Source: a virus. From it: a stretch of DNA of 64,000 nucleotides. Numbering within the stretch: the first letter of the stretch is position 1; each line of letters begins with the position of its first letter. The DNA lies in the IMG/VR virus record IMGVR_UViG_3300023276_000007, positions 42,766-106,765 of that record; one strand, given 5' to 3'. The position numbers were made by a program, and so were the translations under genes. Shown here piece after piece: positions 31,489 through 40,282 of the stretch. Under the pieces are notes generated by a model. It made no database searches. It had not been told where the DNA came from and saw only the letters and a program-made list of their open reading frames with translations.

Positions 31489-32076
31489 ATGGCCATTACA
31501 TATACAATAGAAGCAGACCCTACCGCAGGCGGAAACGATGCGAATAACGCAGACTTTGACATAGAGAATCCAGACGTACTGGAGCTGTCCTCTAATGCAC
31601 CTTTAGCAGGCGGTAGTTATAAAGTTACAGTAAAAGCTGTTGATGGCGTATCTGGTGAGTTTGGCTATGGCTTCTTTACGGTAGTAATCAACCCTAGAAT
31701 CACAGCCCTAACACTGAATCAGACTAACGTACCTATCGTTGGCGATTCTGCAGGTACTCTTGTTGGTGACCTTCAAGTTACTGGCGGTACTGCTCCGTTC
31801 ACGTTTGCTTTAGTAGCAGGTGCAGGAGATGGAGATAACGGTAACTATCAAGTAAACGTTGCTGATATTGAAGTAAAGGCTGCGGCTGTCTTGACAGACC
31901 CAACTGACGCAATAAGAGTAGAAGTTACTGATGCGGCGGGTGACACGTTTGAGCAAGCACTCACAGTCAACGTACAACCAGTAACAGGAACTCTGACAGT
32001 TATATTGACTCTAGGATCTCCACTATTCGACGACGACAGTCCTACAACAGACGTCGGTACAGTAAGCGCGTCTTAA
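31489..32076 (+). CDS. Circularly split cadherin-like protein (candidate polymer subunit)
   Basis: Begins with the C-terminal portion of a cadherin domain, contains one full domain, and ends with the N-terminal strands of a domain; AT-rich leader and GAGGA SD. Confidence 0.7.
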   Translation: MAITYTIEADPTAGGNDANNADFDIENPDVLELSSNAPLAGGSYKVTVKAVDGVSGEFGYGFFTVVINPRITALTLNQTNVPIVGDSAGTLVGDLQVTGGTAPFTFALVAGAGDGDNGNYQVNVADIEVKAAAVLTDPTDAIRVEVTDAAGDTFEQALTVNVQPVTGTLTVILTLGSPLFDDDSPTTDVGTVSAS

Positions 32077-32101
32077 CCTAGCGCAGACAAAGGAAGCGTA
32101 A

Positions 32102-33946
32102 ATGGCTATAACATATACAATAGCAGCAGATCCAACGGCGTCGGGAAACGACGCCAATAACTTGGACTTTGAAATAGAGAACCCAGACGTACTGGAGTTA
32201 TCTGCTAACGCCCCTTTGACTGCCGCCACCTATAAGGTAACGGTAAAAGCCGTTGATGGTGTATCTGGTGAATTTGGCTACGGCTTCTTTGACGTAGTAA
32301 TCAACGCGGCTGTCACAGCGCTATCCCTTAATCAAACAAACACCCCTCAGGCGGGTGACCCAGTAGACACTTTAGTAGGTGACCTCCAAGTTACAGGGGG
32401 AACTGCTCCTTACACGTTTGCTTTAGTAGCAGGTGCTGGTGATGGTGACAACACACATTACCAAGTTGATGGTTCTAATATAGAGTTAAGTGCCTCTGGC
32501 GGCACAACAGCCGGAACTGATGCAATAAGAGTAGAAGTTACCGACGATAAAGGCTATACGTTTGAACAATCTTTAACTGTTAATATAGCCGTTGCTCCGA
32601 CCACGACCACTACGGCCGCCGCTACTACGGCACCTCCAGGACCACTAGCCTGTGGAACCCCTAATAGCGACCCTACTATGATCGTTACTATGTCCTGGAC
32701 GGATGTTGATGTAACCAAGAGTTACCTAGGGTGTACCTGGACTAATGGGGAAACTAAAGAATTATATACCACCTTCTATCAGGCAGTGGTTGGATCGCTG
32801 GAAACGTGGCGTAGAGATGCAGGACCAGACCCACAACTGTTTCATTTACACGGTAATGAATATTATCCGGGGACAGCCCCCTCCCTCTACGAAACCATAT
32901 TGGGAGGAGCTAGTATCGGCGTAGTATATCATACTAATTATAGACTTCAGATCTTTAAGGATTCAACTTTTACAGGATCCTCTGGCAATGTAGGAGTAAG
33001 TGCGTCCTCCCCGACAGCGGGTGCTCTAGTTACGGGTGCCCCTATAGCCCCAAGTCATAAAAGTGGTTCGGTCACTTTCACGAATGGCATCACCGTAAGT
33101 TGGGGGGAAGGTAACTTATGGCCACCACCGATTACGGATATAACCCTTAACCAGACTAATACACCGACAGAGGGTGACCCAGTAGCTACTTTGATTGGTG
33201 ACTTAACACCGACAGGTGGTACTGCATCATTTACGTATGCACTGGTAGCTGGTACCGGAGACACTGATAACTCTCATTACCAAATAACCGGCGCTAACCT
33301 AGAGTTAAGTGCCTCTGGTGGCTCAACATCCTTAACAGACTCAGTACGTATAGAAGTGACTGATGCGACTGGACGTAAATTCGAGAAGGCCTTTACTGTG
33401 ACAGTCGACCCCGTACCTATGGCAAGCCCTTGTTTACCAGACCTCGGACATCCGTCTATGCTAGTAACACTGTCCTGGACAGGAGGACCAGCCACTAGGA
33501 CATTCTTAGGGTGTACTGATTGGGCACCAGGACAACAGCGCGTAGTGAACGCAACTGGCTATAACTTAACTTACACGCCGACCACCGCAGTATCTGGCGT
33601 TAATTCTGCTGGATGGAATGCTGCCGGCGGTGGCGACGGCGACCTTATTAGATTCGGAGGGACTACCCTTCTAAGCTCATTCTCTAGTAGACAAGCTGGT
33701 AGCGTACGGTTTAACGGTATAGAGGGTGTCATCGGTGCCCCTGCCGACCCAACCTTCTCAATCTTTCGAGTTGACTTTAAATCCTTTACTGGCTACAACG
33801 GGAGCTTCAACAACTTAGTTACGGCAGGGTTCAGTCCTACTAAAACTAATGTCGGCGTAGGGGTACCTCTAGACGCCAGTAGAAAGAGCGGCTCAGTTAC
33901 CGATGTAAACGGTATTACGTATAGCTGGCAACCTAACGGCTGGTAG
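32102..33946 (+). CDS. Cadherin-like protein with Thr-rich linker and two tip domains
   Basis: First ~160 aa are paralogous to 31489..32076; two full cadherin-like domains; tip domains at ~32642-33121 and 33419-33943. Confidence 0.7.
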   Translation: MAITYTIAADPTASGNDANNLDFEIENPDVLELSANAPLTAATYKVTVKAVDGVSGEFGYGFFDVVINAAVTALSLNQTNTPQAGDPVDTLVGDLQVTGGTAPYTFALVAGAGDGDNTHYQVDGSNIELSASGGTTAGTDAIRVEVTDDKGYTFEQSLTVNIAVAPTTTTTAAATTAPPGPLACGTPNSDPTMIVTMSWTDVDVTKSYLGCTWTNGETKELYTTFYQAVVGSLETWRRDAGPDPQLFHLHGNEYYPGTAPSLYETILGGASIGVVYHTNYRLQIFKDSTFTGSSGNVGVSASSPTAGALVTGAPIAPSHKSGSVTFTNGITVSWGEGNLWPPPITDITLNQTNTPTEGDPVATLIGDLTPTGGTASFTYALVAGTGDTDNSHYQITGANLELSASGGSTSLTDSVRIEVTDATGRKFEKAFTVTVDPVPMASPCLPDLGHPSMLVTLSWTGGPATRTFLGCTDWAPGQQRVVNATGYNLTYTPTTAVSGVNSAGWNAAGGGDGDLIRFGGTTLLSSFSSRQAGSVRFNGIEGVIGAPADPTFSIFRVDFKSFTGYNGSFNNLVTAGFSPTKTNVGVGVPLDASRKSGSVTDVNGITYSWQPNGW

Positions 33947-33948
33947 TT

Positions 33949-34446
33949 ATGGATAATCACGGAGTGACGATACATCTCTACGGGTACCCATGCTCCGGTA
34001 AAACTACGATAGGTGGTTCGTTAGCTAAAGCATTAGGTAGAACTATAATCCTAGATGGCGACTATGTAAGAAAACATATAAGCAAAGACTTAGGATTTTC
34101 TAAGAAGGACCGTATAGAGAACGCCCGCAGAATAGGTAGCTATACCTCCCTATTAAACGACCAAGGGTTTAATGCGGTAGTATGTACAGTAGCTCCTCAT
34201 AAGAAGTGTCGAAGACTAATACGCGACCACGTCAAGTACTACACCTCTGTGTTTATAGACACACCTTTAAAGGATTGTATAATGCGTGACACTAAAGGTA
34301 TGTACAAGAAGGCTGTGTCCGGAGAGATACAAAATTTTACAGGAGTACATTCTTTTATAGATAGAGGTACACCCGACATCGTAGTAACACCTGGGCCAGT
34401 ACATCTTCAAGTCCAGTACATAATTTCACAATTGGCTGGAAATTAA
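33949..34446 (+). CDS. cysC: Adenylyl-sulfate (APS) kinase
   Basis: P-loop GYPCSGKTT, LDGDYVR, LGFSKKDRIENARRI, RDTKGMYKKA..GEIQNFTG. Confidence 0.93.
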   Translation: MDNHGVTIHLYGYPCSGKTTIGGSLAKALGRTIILDGDYVRKHISKDLGFSKKDRIENARRIGSYTSLLNDQGFNAVVCTVAPHKKCRRLIRDHVKYYTSVFIDTPLKDCIMRDTKGMYKKAVSGEIQNFTGVHSFIDRGTPDIVVTPGPVHLQVQYIISQLAGN

Positions 34447-34500
34447 GTACTAACTGTTTATACTAACTACACTAATACGAAAACAAAAAAGGTACTAACT

Positions 34501-35625
34501 ATGTTGAATATCGTAAGCGGTTGTCCTCGCTCTGGGACTAGTCTATTAATGAACGTCATGCTCTCCATCTTTGGTGAAAAAAACATTATGGGTGGTGGCA
34601 AGCCCAACCTTGACTTTGACTACGACGCTGAGCTTGCTAAGCTAAGCAACAGAGAACAGGCTATGGTTTGGTCTCAAGAGAGAGCCTTAGCTGCAAAAGG
34701 CCAGACGAGAGAAAAGAGGTTGGAGATACAAGCGAAAACTATGGATCTTAACCCCAACGGGTTCTTCGAGTGTCAGTACAGCGTTCAAGGTATTTCCTAT
34801 AACTACCCAGACCGCGAGCAACTTAAAAAGTATGTTAGCGACGGCGGGGATAAACTATGCATGAAAATAGTCTCCAGTGGTCTGCGGGTTAGTGACCCAA
34901 GGTTTATTGGGAAGGTAGTCTACCTTATAAGACATCCTAGGTCTGTAGCTAAAAGCCAAGAAAGGCTACGTACGCAGCTTGATATGCTTTTTGAATCAAA
35001 CCCTGGTTATGAGGATATGAAGCAAAAGATGGTTATACATTCCCCGCGTATGTATATCAACTCTACAAGAGCAGCTTCCGAGTTTTTCCTAGAGAATCCA
35101 GACATACCTGTTCATCCATTACACTACGACGAGCTCATTGCTACTCCTGAGAAAGTTATTAAAGACTTAGCGGGATTCTTGGGTAAGAACAAAAAAACCG
35201 TATGGTCTAAGGCTAAAGGTATCGTAGATCCTAAGTTAAAGAGAAGTTACCCTGAAGATATCGAAAGTGACCTATGGGAAGACGCAGAAGAGGTTTACCG
35301 ACTTTTTGATAAGCAAGACTACCAAGGCGTTGTCGACTACCTCAAGCCTATGCACAGAAACACTAATCAAGCAAACTCTAATTGGGTATGTGCACGTAAC
35401 GGTATTCTGACTAACAAGGCACAGTGTACAAACTGCATCAATAATGAAACCGTAAGAACCAACTTTAAAAAAGCAGCTAACGAGAAGAAGATTGATTGGC
35501 GTAATGAGCCTTGCCTCTTTGAGTGCGGTATGAACCTCTCCTTAGAAGACGATAAGGTACTTACCTTAGAAGAAAGCACCAAGAATAACTTCTGGAGAGC
35601 AGGTGCTGAAAGGCTGGTTAAATGA
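34501..35625 (+). CDS. PAPS-dependent sulfotransferase with Cys-rich C-terminal extension
   Basis: 5'-PSB IVSGCPRSGTSLLM, NPNGFFE, 3'-PB LIRHPRSVAKSQ, HYDELIATPEKVIKDLAGFLG. Confidence 0.88.
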   Translation: MLNIVSGCPRSGTSLLMNVMLSIFGEKNIMGGGKPNLDFDYDAELAKLSNREQAMVWSQERALAAKGQTREKRLEIQAKTMDLNPNGFFECQYSVQGISYNYPDREQLKKYVSDGGDKLCMKIVSSGLRVSDPRFIGKVVYLIRHPRSVAKSQERLRTQLDMLFESNPGYEDMKQKMVIHSPRMYINSTRAASEFFLENPDIPVHPLHYDELIATPEKVIKDLAGFLGKNKKTVWSKAKGIVDPKLKRSYPEDIESDLWEDAEEVYRLFDKQDYQGVVDYLKPMHRNTNQANSNWVCARNGILTNKAQCTNCINNETVRTNFKKAANEKKIDWRNEPCLFECGMNLSLEDDKVLTLEESTKNNFWRAGAERLVK

Positions 35626-36560
35626 ACAAACTAACCTGTATTCTAACCTTCTTAAATGAAGGTATAGAAGTCTTTAGGACGGTTAAAAGCATACGGGACA
35701 GTGTAGGGGATACTGTAGATATCTTATTGGTAGACGACTCCAGTACAGATGGGGTGCCCTATAAAGTTGTTGCCAACAAATTTAACTGTGACTATGTGAA
35801 GTCGGATACTCGACAAGGAGTGGCTGGCGCGAGAGATCTTGGAGTGTCTTTAGCTAAGACGCCATACTGTATACTCTTCGATGCCCACATGAGGTTCGAC
35901 AAAAGAAGTAATTGGGCAGAACGAGTTGTAGAAGAAATAGAAAATAACGACAGGCGTATTTACTGCACAACTTGTGTATCCTTGTGGTATCCGTTTATAG
36001 AGCAGTCCCAAAGTGTTACCCACCAAAGAAGCACAGGAGCTTACCTAGCGACATCTTTCAAGGATAGCCACACTAGCCTTGCGGCTAAGTGGATACCGCT
36101 CAAACTAACAGGCGTAGAACCAGTTCCTTTAGTTCTTGGGGCGACCTATGCCTTCTCTGTAGAGTACTACCGTGAGTTGCGAGGTTTAGCCGGCTTGAAG
36201 TATTATGGCAGTGACGAACCTTGGATATCCCTAAAGTCTTGGGCGATAGGTGATGGCTGCGCAGTTATAACAGATGTTAACATAGGCCACCTATTCCGAT
36301 CCAAGCACCCGTATCCAGCGTATGGACTAGACGCCCTCTATAATAAACTTTTTATGGCGGCTGTAGTTTTTCCTAAGAAGACTAAGTGGTTAGAGGACCT
36401 AATGAGGTTGGGCGGCCCAAAGGTAAGTAAGATGTTTAAAGAAAATGAAACTCAGTTTAGGGAAACAAGGTCTTGGTTTGCAGAAGTGGAGAAGCCCGGC
36501 TGGCGGGAGACATTCTCTCAATTGAATGGAGAATTTACTGAACAGGTAATTACGTTATGA
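35622..36560 (+). CDS. GT-A glycosyltransferase (GT2/GT27-like) resembling polypeptide GalNAc-transferases
   Basis: TFLNEG, RTVKSI, LLVDDSS, GVAGAR, DxH motif FDAH, YGSDEPWISLKSW, IGHLFRSKHPY. Confidence 0.85.
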   Translation: MNKLTCILTFLNEGIEVFRTVKSIRDSVGDTVDILLVDDSSTDGVPYKVVANKFNCDYVKSDTRQGVAGARDLGVSLAKTPYCILFDAHMRFDKRSNWAERVVEEIENNDRRIYCTTCVSLWYPFIEQSQSVTHQRSTGAYLATSFKDSHTSLAAKWIPLKLTGVEPVPLVLGATYAFSVEYYRELRGLAGLKYYGSDEPWISLKSWAIGDGCAVITDVNIGHLFRSKHPYPAYGLDALYNKLFMAAVVFPKKTKWLEDLMRLGGPKVSKMFKENETQFRETRSWFAEVEKPGWRETFSQLNGEFTEQVITL

Positions 36561-37252
36561 ATGAAGTCTACTTAGTAAGCAAACATACTTCCTACCGAAA
36601 TATGGGGCTAATGGAGCAAGAAACGTTACAGAGTGGTTTTGTAGCTGCCTTAGACGGTTATCTTGATGGACCTTTCTTAGAGTCTGGTGTAGTGCCTATG
36701 ATGCAGCTATACACACCCGAAAATGGGATACCTACGGAAGTTGTAGGAACTAACGTGGTCAGCCTTAGCTACTCTGGAAAGGTGCGGAACGCTTTAGATA
36801 AAATATTTAATTACTTCCCAGCAGACCAGGCCGTTGTGGTTAGAGTATTAGGCGCCGACCTTCTTGAAGAACTGACAGCAGATCCAGAGTTCTATGAGAT
36901 TATAGAGGAGTGGGTTAGCAGGGATCGGGGCGTTAGTGTCGTCTACGACGGAGCAGTTGCTTCCCCAAACCACTTGATACCTATCTATACATTTAAAGAT
37001 AAGAAACCTATCCGAAATGATGGTGGTGCGTATGCCTGCGACCTCGACTATCGATGTAAAGACTATAGCCGTAAGGATGAAAGCCATGTTTCCAGAGAAG
37101 TATATTTGAAGAGGTGGAATACTTGTATAGGCTGCCCTGCTATGAAGCAGAGCGGAAAGACCATGCAGTGCTCGCTATGCACCTGCGCAATGAAAATCAA
37201 AGCTAAATGGAAAAGTGCCACCTGCAGTGACAAGGCAAACCGTAAGTGGTAA
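36557..37252 (+). CDS. Hypothetical protein with C-terminal Cys-rich (DUF6171-like) domain
   Basis: RWNTCIGC…CSLCTC.MKIK…ATC…KW; ATGA-coupled to the glycosyltransferase. Confidence 0.55.
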   Translation: MNEVYLVSKHTSYRNMGLMEQETLQSGFVAALDGYLDGPFLESGVVPMMQLYTPENGIPTEVVGTNVVSLSYSGKVRNALDKIFNYFPADQAVVVRVLGADLLEELTADPEFYEIIEEWVSRDRGVSVVYDGAVASPNHLIPIYTFKDKKPIRNDGGAYACDLDYRCKDYSRKDESHVSREVYLKRWNTCIGCPAMKQSGKTMQCSLCTCAMKIKAKWKSATCSDKANRKW

Positions 37253-37265
37253 CACCTTATTCAGG

Positions 37266-37294
37266 TGGACGTTTCGGTGTTTAGCATATATAAT
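37266..37294 (+). promoter_or_regulatory. Sigma-70-type promoter
   Basis: TGGACG-17 nt-TATAAT, intergenic, upstream of a GAGGA SD and ATG 37321. Confidence 0.6.
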
Positions 37295-37320
37295 TAAGAA
37301 AGCTTATGAGGAATTTATAA

Positions 37321-37722
37321 ATGCCCGCATCGATAACGTTAAAAAGAACAGTAAGGAAGTCCGACCCAGCACTTTACATGGGCTATGCTATGATAGTAGA
37401 GGTCACCAACGCCATCGATGTAGCGGAGGAGATATTCGTCATACAGCGTAAGGTAGCTCCTTCGGTTTCCGCAGAAGATGATGAGAAGACTGACCGATTT
37501 ATGAAAGTAGGATCTCCTGTTGACCTACAAGACTACCCACCAGCCCCTACAGAGTTTACCGAAGATATACCCTATTACCGTGTAGCATCCGTTGAACTGT
37601 GGTTCCGGACTGAAGAGGAACGAGATGACACTTGGACCCTTATACAAGAAGATGTTACCGGCCTATTAAACTTTTTAAACAACCACTTAGACGATACGTT
37701 TACAGAGGAGGTTACTCTTTAA
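37321..37722 (+). CDS. Hypothetical virion protein
   Basis: Good SD; acidic ORF. Confidence 0.55.
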   Translation: MPASITLKRTVRKSDPALYMGYAMIVEVTNAIDVAEEIFVIQRKVAPSVSAEDDEKTDRFMKVGSPVDLQDYPPAPTEFTEDIPYYRVASVELWFRTEEERDDTWTLIQEDVTGLLNFLNNHLDDTFTEEVTL

Positions 37723-37997
37723 TGGTAGTGGTTATAAGTATAGGTTTAGTAGGAAACGCCCTACGGAGTAGTAAATTTAAGAGTGCATTCCCTGAGTTCA
37801 ATGGGATCGTAACACAACCTAAGACAGGGTGTCCTGGTTGTGGTTCTCGCAGTAAACAATTAGTGGCCCCTACTCAGGTATCTGTTTTCTTGCGTATCAT
37901 GGAGTCCCTACCTACAAGTAAGCTTGCATCTTTTAAAAAGTATTTTAACGCTGGGTCTTTACAATACCGGCTAAACAATGAAGTGAGAACATTATGA
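37722..37997 (+). CDS. Small hypothetical protein with GCPGCG motif
   Basis: TAATG coupling at 37722 with GGAGG SD. Confidence 0.5.
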   Translation: MVVVISIGLVGNALRSSKFKSAFPEFNGIVTQPKTGCPGCGSRSKQLVAPTQVSVFLRIMESLPTSKLASFKKYFNAGSLQYRLNNEVRTL

Positions 37998-40222
37998 GCA
38001 AAGATAGATCTAACGCTTTCAGCCCTGATCAGGGCTACAGTCCTATAGGTGATGACGTTAAGTATGCGCACATGGTGCCAGTGCTTGACGAAAACGGGTT
38101 ACTAGACTCTAGCCTCTTTAACGTCGACACAGGTTCTCCTTCTGGCGGTGTATTAATTGACCAAGGGTTTTACTACATCGACGTAATCAACGGTAACGAC
38201 ACTACAGGCGACGGAACTATAAGCCTACCTTACCAGACCATCAATAAGGCAATCGCCGACGATGTTGCTAAGGCTGGGGCAAATACTACGCTGGTACTCA
38301 GCCTGCTAGGTTCTACTGGAACCAACTACGCAGCAGCAGCTACTGCAGAAGCTAGACATGAAAAGGTTGTTATACAGAGTACATTAGGCGTTCCTGCAAA
38401 TGTTGACAGTTTTACTTTTAATAATACACCTGTTGGTGGTAACGTGGAGCTTCTAGTTACGCAAGGCGTTAAAGTTGCCGCGGCTACAAGTAGCGACGGT
38501 GCTGTCGACTTCACAGTAGACTGTAGAGATGGTGGCTATGTCACTACAGCCAGCACTGCGCTAACAGGAACCTTCTATTCTTATGGGAACCTAAACCCAG
38601 CAATGTCGCCAGGTTTCACTTTTGTACCTTTTATAGACGCCACCTTCGTCAGCTACACTCCTGGCGACGCAGGCGACTGGTCAAGTGTACCATCACTAGC
38701 TTCTGCTGCTTTAGATATATTAGCTAACGACTTGGCAAATAAACTTAATGTTGCCGTAGGTGCGGTGGCAGCCGGAGAGCTTGCCGTATTTGATGACGCT
38801 ACCGGAGAGAACATATCTTCTGCAAGCATCTTAGCATCTGCACTCTACACAACCCTAGCAGATGCTGGTGGTGGTTTATCACTCATTAACGCAGATGCTG
38901 CCCCTTCTTTAACTTTTAATACTTTTGGCGACAATGCACACCCTGCGTTAACTATGTCTAATATCTCAGACGTACTTACTGTGAGCTTTCTTCCAGGTAA
39001 CTTAGACCACGACGAGCTTAACGGCATAGGCGATGATGACCATACTCAGTATGTACATAATACTGTAGACAGGACTATCTCGGCCAGTCACACGTTTAAC
39101 CCTACAGTAGCAGGTACTCCTTTTATTCTTGGAGCAAATGCCCTTGACCAATTGGTAACAGGACTTAACGCAGAGAAGCTAAGTGGTAACGTTGCGTCGG
39201 ACAATGTTTGGAATGCAGGATTCTTCGACGGTATAGTCGCAGACGCCGCAGGTATCACTGACACACAGTATATGGCGTATGACCTAGCACAGAATAAGTT
39301 TTTACCAGCGTCGCCGTTAATCCCTACAGTAGCTCAGTTCAACGCTGATAAGATTGTAGGTAAAACTGTTGATGACGCCAACATAGCCGACGGAAGAGTG
39401 TTGGCGTATAACTTATCAACTACGAACCTTGAATATGTAGACGTGTTGAATCCGGCAGTAGCTCAGTTCAACGCTAACCGCATACAGGATATCACTGTAG
39501 ACCTTACTGGTATGTCGGATCAGGATGTTCTTCTTTATAATCTTGGCACAAATACTTTTATCGCATCAAGCTCTCTTAATCCGTCGGTGGCTCAGTTCAA
39601 CGCAAGTCAGATACAGAGTAAGGTTGTCAACGATGCAGCAATCGCAGATACTAACGTATTGGCCTATGACCTAGGTGGTGACGAGATCATTTATAGAGCT
39701 ATCCCTCTAGAGACTACAGAATCTTTCAATGCCAACCAGATCATGAGTAAGACTGTTAATAATACAGCCATCGCTGACAAGTACGCTCTTCTGTATGACC
39801 TAGGTGGTGACGAGATAATTTATGCACCAGTTCCGTTTGCAGAGTCTGGTGTTAGAGCTATTGAGTACAGGTTCCTTGCAGATGACGTAGATCTTAAGTC
39901 TCTGTCAGACACTACCATATTTACAGTACCTGCAGGGCAGAGAGTTGTTATCGACGAAGTGCAGGTTCTTATAAAAGATGCTTCAGGAGTAACAATACCA
40001 CCTGAAGTATCTGCAGGTATTACAGGTGATACTACCAAGTACGTAGCAGCCGTAGTGTTAGGTGCCCCGTCAATAACCGCTGGTAACAGAGAGGACCTTA
40101 CACTAGCAAGTTTGACACAAGTGTCGGCAGGAGAAGATATTACTTTCTCAGTAACCACAGTAGGCACAGCGACAGGCTCTTATACAGCTACTATACTAAT
40201 CAGAGGAACAATATTAATTTAG
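37994..40222 (+). CDS. Fibre-like virion protein with ~41-aa repeats
   Basis: N-terminal YYIDVINGNDTTGDGTISLPYQTINKAI (DUF1565-type), HDELNGIGDDDHTQY, repeated (AQ/ES)FNAxxIxxKxVxxxxIADxxxLxYxL units. Confidence 0.6.
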   Translation: MSKDRSNAFSPDQGYSPIGDDVKYAHMVPVLDENGLLDSSLFNVDTGSPSGGVLIDQGFYYIDVINGNDTTGDGTISLPYQTINKAIADDVAKAGANTTLVLSLLGSTGTNYAAAATAEARHEKVVIQSTLGVPANVDSFTFNNTPVGGNVELLVTQGVKVAAATSSDGAVDFTVDCRDGGYVTTASTALTGTFYSYGNLNPAMSPGFTFVPFIDATFVSYTPGDAGDWSSVPSLASAALDILANDLANKLNVAVGAVAAGELAVFDDATGENISSASILASALYTTLADAGGGLSLINADAAPSLTFNTFGDNAHPALTMSNISDVLTVSFLPGNLDHDELNGIGDDDHTQYVHNTVDRTISASHTFNPTVAGTPFILGANALDQLVTGLNAEKLSGNVASDNVWNAGFFDGIVADAAGITDTQYMAYDLAQNKFLPASPLIPTVAQFNADKIVGKTVDDANIADGRVLAYNLSTTNLEYVDVLNPAVAQFNANRIQDITVDLTGMSDQDVLLYNLGTNTFIASSSLNPSVAQFNASQIQSKVVNDAAIADTNVLAYDLGGDEIIYRAIPLETTESFNANQIMSKTVNNTAIADKYALLYDLGGDEIIYAPVPFAESGVRAIEYRFLADDVDLKSLSDTTIFTVPAGQRVVIDEVQVLIKDASGVTIPPEVSAGITGDTTKYVAAVVLGAPSITAGNREDLTLASLTQVSAGEDITFSVTTVGTATGSYTATILIRGTILI

Positions 40223-40282
40223 TAAGTTTGAAAGTATAATAATTTATTTTATGTTATAGTTAAGTTAACCGGAGAATTGTAA

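Noticed and set aside
32074-32104. Readthrough joining 31489 and 32102 into one cadherin chain
   Set aside because: The spacer is 25 nt (out of frame) and contains an SD-like AAGGAAG, and both genes begin with the same duplicated MAITYTI start.
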